From Acholeplasma laidlawii PG-8A (lineage in GTDB: Bacteria; Bacillota_I; Bacilli_A; Acholeplasmatales; Acholeplasmataceae), in NCBI RefSeq assembly GCF_000018785.1, contig NC_010163.1, positions 780,001-812,000 of the forward strand: a DNA stretch of 32,000 nucleotides, written 5' to 3'. Made by a program: the position numbers and the translations under genes. Below the pieces are notes generated by a model. That model did no database searches. It was not told the origin of the DNA and worked only from the letters and a program-made list of their open reading frames with translations. Within the stretch, counting starts at the first letter, position 1. Each line of letters begins with the position of its first letter. Below, piece after piece: positions 26,538 through 32,000 of the stretch.

Positions 26538-28226
26538 TTAAGAAACATTTTTAACGATGTGATCAGTCAAACTACCTTCATATATATAAAATTCATCTTG
26601 TGGGATTCTAGACCATGCAATGCGTATTTTATCATACATTTCCGGTTCCACATGAATTCTAAAATCCTCATAAATCTTTGCATATATACGATTATTTTCT
26701 AATTGATTTGACTTCATGATTAAGAAACTTCCTATGTAAATATCAGCAGGTGTTCCTTCCTTTAATCCATAATAAACATCTTTTAGATTATGACATTGTA
26801 AAAATGCTGCCATTTCAATGATTTTTAATGAGTTCGGTAAATATACTTTCTCTAACTCAAGATTAACAACGAACGCTTCTCGCTCAATATGTTCTACACC
26901 TTCGTTTAATTTCAATATCCTAAAGCCGGAAGTATTAGAAAAACTTAATTTTTCAATTAATTTTGAAGAAATCTCTATTGTTTCCCCTAAATCAGCATAG
27001 TAAAAAGCGTTAGATTTAATGATTTTTGCATCTATAATAAGATTTGAGATGATAGATGTTGAAAATGCATATGGCTCAATGGTTTGAATATTTGTAGGGA
27101 TATGTAATGTATCAATCGTTCTGCCAGCATAAGCATAACTACCAATGTGATGAAATAACGTTAGCTCGGTTAGATTGCTTGGAGCTAAAATAAGATAGTT
27201 TAGATCATTATCCTGTTTGGATACTGCATTATCTATCATTTTATAGTTTGGGTTAGTACGGCTGATTGACATCCCACTTAATGAAGAACCAATGAATGCT
27301 TCAGGTTTTATAAGTTCTAAATCGTTGAACTCAACGTTGTTCAGTTGTTGATTTAGACCAAATGAATACATATTCATCGTAATTTTTGGATGATTAAATC
27401 GAACAGTGGTTAAATTACTATTTTCATAAAACGCTTTTTCTCCAATATCCACTGAATGATTAAAATCAAGAACTTCCAATCCGGAATCCCAAAATGCTGA
27501 TGGACCAATACTTTCAAGGTTTATCGGAAAGTCAATATGTGTAAGTTTAGGCGTTAATCGAAAAGCTCCCTCTTTTATGGTTAATAAAGAATTTGGAAAT
27601 TCTACAGATTTAAGTTCTAATGTTTTATAAAATAAATGTTCTGGTATTTCAGTCATACCTTCTTCAAAGATAACATCGGTAATTTTTGTCCCTGAAAATG
27701 CCCATGGTTCTATATAGATATTCTTAATATGAATAGAGCCTCTTAAACCTGTGTTACTAAATGCTGATGCACCAATATGGATTAACCCTGATGGTAAAGA
27801 TACAATCGTCCCGTTTCCCATGAACGCTTCCATAGCTACATGTAAAAGACTTTCAGGTAAACTAATTTCATGAATACCATTGTCTTTAAATGCACTTTTT
27901 CCTATATGAGTGATGCCTTCTTCTATGATTAATGTTTCAATCGGTAAAAAGTTTCGTCCAAAAAAAGGTATGGATGGACTATTGATAAACGCATAATCTG
28001 ATATTTTTGTAACAGGGTGTTCGTCATGCTCACCGGGTATGATAACATTTCTTATAAAATCTCCAGAAAACCCGGTAACCATATAAGTTTGATCTTCTTG
28101 CAAAACAAAAGTTAAATACTTATGAGGATCAGTTTCTTTACTATACTTTGGACTACAACCACTTAAAAATAGAACTATAGTTATAGTTAAAAATGAAATT
28201 AGAACATACTTAATTGATATTTTCAT
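26538..28226 (-). CDS. BspA-type leucine-rich-repeat (LRR_5-like) surface lipoprotein
   Basis: Lipobox (FLSGC), then many degenerate units of about 22-25 aa of the form L..I.IP..V..IG..AF......L..V. Confidence 0.7.
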   Translation of the reverse strand: MKISIKYVLISFLTITIVLFLSGCSPKYSKETDPHKYLTFVLQEDQTYMVTGFSGDFIRNVIIPGEHDEHPVTKISDYAFINSPSIPFFGRNFLPIETLIIEEGITHIGKSAFKDNGIHEISLPESLLHVAMEAFMGNGTIVSLPSGLIHIGASAFSNTGLRGSIHIKNIYIEPWAFSGTKITDVIFEEGMTEIPEHLFYKTLELKSVEFPNSLLTIKEGAFRLTPKLTHIDFPINLESIGPSAFWDSGLEVLDFNHSVDIGEKAFYENSNLTTVRFNHPKITMNMYSFGLNQQLNNVEFNDLELIKPEAFIGSSLSGMSISRTNPNYKMIDNAVSKQDNDLNYLILAPSNLTELTLFHHIGSYAYAGRTIDTLHIPTNIQTIEPYAFSTSIISNLIIDAKIIKSNAFYYADLGETIEISSKLIEKLSFSNTSGFRILKLNEGVEHIEREAFVVNLELEKVYLPNSLKIIEMAAFLQCHNLKDVYYGLKEGTPADIYIGSFLIMKSNQLENNRIYAKIYEDFRIHVEPEMYDKIRIAWSRIPQDEFYIYEGSLTDHIVKNVS

Positions 28227-28555
28227 GTTATGATTTACCCCTTAATTTTAATCGGAACAAGAACATATTTATATATAAATGAATGTAACTTTTTGAATAT
28301 TGATTTATATGTGATAAATGGTTTATGTAATTGTATTTTCTTATAATTCAGTTATAAAAATCGGTTATTTTCCTATATTATAACATACAAGATAAAAAGC
28401 CTTATTACATTTATATCGACATTAGTACTACTACAACTTTTAATTAATTGTTTAACTCAGTAAGTAAAGCGCTATAAAAAAGTCGTTAAATGATAACCAA
28501 ACAGCTTAGCAACTGCATCTTTATAATTTGTCATTTTTTTACTATAGACTTTTTA

Positions 28556-28927
28556 TTACGTTTTTATAAAATAGGTATGTGCTTCTTTTATGAGTGCGTC
28601 TTTAGCAGTATTCACAAACTGAACAATATTGCAAAACTCATAAGTTAAACCATTATTAAAAGTCATGATACCTTCGCACATAGCTCCTTTTCCATGACTT
28701 AATGCATTTTTAACTATTAACTCCAATATTTGTGGCTTAGTTGTTAAAGTTTGAGATAACTGTTCTAATTTAACAACATGATTTTCACCCACTATTTTCC
28801 ATGTGAAATCTTCTCGAACATGAGTCTTAACAGTATCAATGTCTTTCTTTGATAGTGCAATCGTTAAGTCAATAACACGTTCCATTTTTGGTGCATTCCC
28901 ACAATGATACATTACTTCTAGTTTCAT
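28556..28927 (-). CDS. Hypothetical protein, possibly NTF2/SnoaL-like fold
   Basis: About 120 aa with an alpha+beta cone-like pattern (DFTWKIVG..., HGKGAMCEG......G..YEFCNIVQF). The assignment is weak. Confidence 0.4.
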   Translation of the reverse strand: MKLEVMYHCGNAPKMERVIDLTIALSKKDIDTVKTHVREDFTWKIVGENHVVKLEQLSQTLTTKPQILELIVKNALSHGKGAMCEGIMTFNNGLTYEFCNIVQFVNTAKDALIKEAHTYFIKT

Positions 28928-29361
28928 CCTAACTCATCCTTTCTTTATTCAATTATATTCATTTTTTCAGTTAAACATCTAAATTTATATTACCATAGTT
29001 AATCCAACTTAAGAATCTACATAATTTGAAGTCTAATCCCTATCAATTTTTGAAACCTTATTAACAGATTTTTCATTAGGTTAATAATTATCTGATCTAA
29101 GATCTCCTTTATTTTGTATGGTTATTTATCTAATACCATTTGTATATATTAGTTTATGCTAAGTATATTTTACTTGATTTGGTATTTATAAAATACTATT
29201 TTATGCTTTCGTGTTTTTATGAGTAGTTTTTCCAAAATAATTGGAAACTCGTAACTCAAAACCATAAGATTTCAGTACTTTAATAAATAAAAAAGAGATT
29301 ATCTCCCTACTTTCGTTTTTCATTATGTCGCTATTATTATATCTACACTGTTTTGTTAGTA

Positions 29362-29453
29362 TGGCGGGAAAGAGGGATTTGAACCCACACGACGATCTCT
29401 TGTCTTACTAGTTTTCAAGGCTAGACGCTTCAGTACAACTTAGCTACTTCTCC
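29362..29453 (-). tRNA. tRNA-Ser(UGA)-like gene, class II (long variable arm), CCA encoded, several non-canonical features
   Basis: The reverse complement reads GGAGAAGTAGCTAAGTTGTACTGAAGCGTCTAGCCTTGAAAACTAGTAAGACAAGAGATCGTCGTGTGGGTTCAAATCCCTCTTTCCCGCCA. It has a GGGTTCAAATCC T-arm, a CTTGAAA anticodon loop and a 3-bp D stem GCT/AGC. See the findings for the irregularities. Confidence 0.6.
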
Positions 29454-29470
29454 AAAAAAATATTTTAGTA

Positions 29471-29505
29471 CAAAAGAAAAAACATTCTATATATGACAAT
29501 GTTTT
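29471..29505 (-). terminator. Terminator after the ABC-2 permease gene
   Basis: On the minus strand: AAAACATT-(11 nt)-AATGTTTT followed by TTCTTTT. Confidence 0.5.
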
Positions 29506-29512
29506 ATCTACT

Positions 29513-30226
29513 TTATAATCCGATTCTTTTTGTATATTTCTTATATAAGAGTGCAATGAATAACAAGTTTACTGAAATCCCTATTGCGAAATAATAGTAA
29601 GTATTTAATAAGTATTCACTAGGTATTAACGACATTGATATCATTCTGGCTACCCAAAACCCTGGGACAATTCCTAGTAATAGTTCGGTCCAATTAGTGA
29701 TGAAAATTGATGCAACAGGGATTAATAATATTAGACCTGATACCTTCATAACAACAAAACCCTCCACTTTATTAGAAGCGAATGCATTAACAAGTAATGC
29801 AACAATCGGTGCTTGAAGACTTGATAGGATTGCGATCAAGAATACATCTAATATACTAGCATCAAGAAAGTTTGTAATAAAAATGACCAATAAGGTTGCC
29901 GATAGCCCAAATAAGTAACTGATGCCCAACTTAATTAAAATGTAATTGGATACTTTAATTGGTGTAATTCTCAATGAGTAAAGGACTTGGTCATCTTGAT
30001 CATCTAACAAAGTGAATCCCGTCACTGCCCCATAAATGAAGGCAGTCATCATGATGAATACAAGTACGACGATGTTGGCTGCTAGTTCTGATGCATTATC
30101 TTTTATGAATGGAACTAACCAAAGAGAAACTAACACCAATATCAAAGGATATAGCATGAAAAACATATACATTTTATCTCTTAAAATACCTTTTAATTCA
30201 TGTAATAATATACGTTTAAACATCAT
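29513..30226 (-). CDS. ABC-2 type exporter permease (second permease of the operon)
   Basis: Six-TM hydrophobic protein. Its start overlaps the upstream stop by 1 nt (TAATG). Confidence 0.65.
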   Translation of the reverse strand: MMFKRILLHELKGILRDKMYMFFMLYPLILVLVSLWLVPFIKDNASELAANIVVLVFIMMTAFIYGAVTGFTLLDDQDDQVLYSLRITPIKVSNYILIKLGISYLFGLSATLLVIFITNFLDASILDVFLIAILSSLQAPIVALLVNAFASNKVEGFVVMKVSGLILLIPVASIFITNWTELLLGIVPGFWVARMISMSLIPSEYLLNTYYYFAIGISVNLLFIALLYKKYTKRIGL

Positions 30227-30960
30227 TACACCCCACTTTGTTTAACGGCATAGTGTTTGTATTTTGGATATATATAGAAGAAATAACCCAATAGTGTTAG
30301 TATAATCAATATTACAAATGATAGAATTGCTTCTAATTTTAAACTAGAAATTAATCCCGATTCAATCATAAATGTTGATGCTTGAGTTGGAGATATTAAT
30401 AAGATATATTTCCAAAAGTCTGCCTTAAATAAAATACCAAATTGAAATAATGCGGATGGAATCATAAAGATAAAACTATATAACATCACCATCATTAACA
30501 TGGAGGTAAAATCCTTTGCATGGTATGAAAATACAAATCCCAGTAAACTATGGCTAAAAATTGAAATTAGTAAGCCTAGTATTAGAAATATAACATTTAC
30601 TTCTATACCTCTAACAAAGTAAAACACTAAAACCACCAAAAGAGATGAAAATAGCATATGAATGGTATTGGCAATCGCTTTGGATAAAATTTGTTCATGA
30701 TAAGTCGTTGGTGTGACTAAAATTGTTGAGATTGTTTGTTCCGATTTCTCAAAAAACATGATTGAACCAATAAAAAGTACACTCATCATCGTCGCGTCTA
30801 CCATTAAGATAAAAGGCAACATTTTATTTAAGATGGCGTCATCTTCAATGAAAAATAAAACTAGAAACCATATGAAAGCAACCAAAATACTGATGGTGGT
30901 TACTTTATACTTATTGAGTCTAATCAACTCACCTTTGGTTAGAAATAATAATCTACGCAT
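30226..30960 (-). CDS. ABC-2 type exporter permease (first permease of the operon)
   Basis: Six-TM hydrophobic protein. Its start overlaps the end of the ATPase gene by 8 nt. Confidence 0.65.
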   Translation of the reverse strand: MRRLLFLTKGELIRLNKYKVTTISILVAFIWFLVLFFIEDDAILNKMLPFILMVDATMMSVLFIGSIMFFEKSEQTISTILVTPTTYHEQILSKAIANTIHMLFSSLLVVLVFYFVRGIEVNVIFLILGLLISIFSHSLLGFVFSYHAKDFTSMLMMVMLYSFIFMIPSALFQFGILFKADFWKYILLISPTQASTFMIESGLISSLKLEAILSFVILIILTLLGYFFYIYPKYKHYAVKQSGV

Positions 30961-31810
30961 GATTGAGTCCTACACCAGTGACCTTGATGAAAATTTCTTC
31001 CAGGGTGGTTTCACCTGTATGAATAGTCTCTATTTTCTTTTCTTTTAAAAGCTTGAAAAAAGTACCATTCTCATTTAATCCATCCATATCAAAGATTTGT
31101 GATGCGGTATGATTATTTTCATTATATTCAACTTTAATGGTTCTTTTACCATATTTTATTTTTAAGTTTCTTGGGCTATCTATTTCTTTTATTTGTCCAT
31201 CCACAATAAACGCAACCCGATCACAGAGTTGATCGATATCAGCCATGATATGTGATGTGACAAAAACAGTCCCACCTTGTTTTTGATATGCTTTAATGAG
31301 ATTCTTTAAAATCATAGCATTCGCCGGGTCTAAACCATTTGTCGGTTCATCTAGAAATAGCATTTTAGGATTATTTAACATCGCTCTGACGAAATTTAAC
31401 CTAATTTTCATGCCTTTTGAAAATTCACCAACCATCTTGTTTCGATCTTCCCATAAACCAACACTTTTCATCAAGTCTTCAATATCAGCGTGGTTTTTAT
31501 ATAGTTTTAAGAAAAATTCGATGTTTTCCATTGCGGTTAGTTTTGAAAAGTGAATTGGCATTTCGAACGATACCCCAATATCTTCATAAAATGATTCATT
31601 TAATTCACTTAAACTTTTAGAATCATAATAAATACTACCTTGATAGCGATCTAAAAGTTTAATTAAGATCTTTTGTGTTGTGCTCTTCCCTGCGCCAGAT
31701 GGTCCTAAAAACCCGAAAATTTCACCTTTTTTGATTTCAAAGCTGATACCTTTAATGGTTTCTACATGATTCTTTGGATATGTAAATCTTAAGTCTCTTA
31801 CACTAAACAT
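30953..31810 (-). CDS. ABC transporter ATP-binding protein
   Basis: Walker A GPSGAGKST, signature FSKGMKIR, Walker B LFLDEPTNGLD, and an H-loop TSH. Confidence 0.85.
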   Translation of the reverse strand: MFSVRDLRFTYPKNHVETIKGISFEIKKGEIFGFLGPSGAGKSTTQKILIKLLDRYQGSIYYDSKSLSELNESFYEDIGVSFEMPIHFSKLTAMENIEFFLKLYKNHADIEDLMKSVGLWEDRNKMVGEFSKGMKIRLNFVRAMLNNPKMLFLDEPTNGLDPANAMILKNLIKAYQKQGGTVFVTSHIMADIDQLCDRVAFIVDGQIKEIDSPRNLKIKYGKRTIKVEYNENNHTASQIFDMDGLNENGTFFKLLKEKKIETIHTGETTLEEIFIKVTGVGLNHA

Positions 31811-32000
31811 GATTTAATATTCCTTTCTTGAATATATCTAATACTGCTTTTATGCTTAGAACCCATTCAGTCTCATCTAATTTGTGGTAAATGAATGAAT
31901 CAATGGTTACCTTGTTTAAAAAATCCATGATTATCTTAGCAAGGATTTTTGAGTTGATATCAGCCCTAATTAAGCCCTTTTCTTGGTCTTTTAGAATCCA
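31803..32000 (-). CDS. C-terminal part of a probable TetR/AcrR-type regulator (5' end lies outside the window)
   Basis: The open frame to the window edge reads WILKDQEKGLIRADINSKILAKIIMDFLNKVTIDSFIYHKLDETEWVLSIKAVLDIFKKGILNHV*. This helical pattern resembles TetR ligand-domain C-termini. It overlaps the ATPase start by 8 nt. The HTH is not visible. Confidence 0.4.
   Translation of the reverse strand, partial: WILKDQEKGLIRADINSKILAKIIMDFLNKVTIDSFIYHKLDETEWVLSIKAVLDIFKKGILNHV

Noticed and set aside
4476-31620. Other embedded antisense ORFs from the track: 4476..4706, 6243..6509, 7830..8084, 8523..8711, 11456..11653, 14469..14660, 14934..15236, 16525..16737, 24594..24842, 26818..27000, 30036..30245, 30713..31048, 31296..31553, 31417..31620
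   Set aside because: Each sits entirely opposite a gene with strong family motifs. They lack an RBS and terminator context and have compositionally odd translations. I treat them as shadow ORFs.
1-32000. Mycoplasma-type genetic code (TGA read as Trp)
   Set aside because: Several well-defined genes end at TGA in classic ATGA stop/start overlaps (7997-8000, 15433-15436). Family-length ORFs are obtained with the standard code.
1-32000. CRISPR arrays, insertion sequences, prophage or integrative elements, known defence-system genes
   Set aside because: I see no regularly spaced direct repeats, no transposase/integrase/recombinase-like ORFs, no terminal inverted repeats, and no nuclease/helicase/STAND-ATPase-type proteins.

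Overview
AT-rich (roughly 30% GC by eye), gene-dense chromosomal segment with about 40 genes, some 80% on the minus strand. It uses the standard genetic code: TGA acts as a stop, including in ATGA stop/start overlaps. It also has Gram-positive-type AAGGAG ribosome-binding sites, lipoprotein lipoboxes (VVGC, LSGC) and many clean rho-independent terminators. This fits a low-GC Firmicutes/Mollicutes-lineage organism (Acholeplasma- or Erysipelotrichia-like), but I cannot assign the taxon from sequence alone.

Content is mostly small independent operons:
- Lipid metabolism: DegV (partial), and a MaoC-dehydratase/FabK pair.
- Metal homeostasis: a CDF exporter, and a ZIP importer next to a DtxR/MntR-type regulator.
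- SdpI-like membrane protein with a frameshifted SRPBCC gene.
- Cyclophilin lipoprotein.
- TrmB-type regulator.
- cst-like persulfide operon (rhodanese, CoA-disulfide reductase-rhodanese fusion, rhodanese, CsoR/CstR-like repressor) with a textbook promoter and operator.
- ArsR / ArsP-like permease / thioredoxin-like operon.
- Two ABC-2 exporters, one with a TetR-like gene upstream.
- GNAT acetyltransferase, Ddh, aldo/keto reductase, M42 peptidase and a MATE efflux pump.
- Surface lipoproteins: CotH-like and BspA-type leucine-rich repeat.
- One isolated, atypical-looking tRNA-Ser(UGA).

I see no CRISPR array, transposase, integrase, phage genes or hallmark defence enzymes (nucleases, helicases, STAND/AAA ATPases, TIR and similar).

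The best novelty candidates are modest:
1. A translationally coupled pair of an unassignable 611-aa two-TM protein and an atypical LemA protein.
2. A CstR-like repressor whose second sensing cysteine appears relocated from position 60 to position 3.
3. The degenerate-looking tRNA-Ser beside about 0.75 kb of non-coding DNA.

All functional calls come from motif recognition by eye. No homology search was run.
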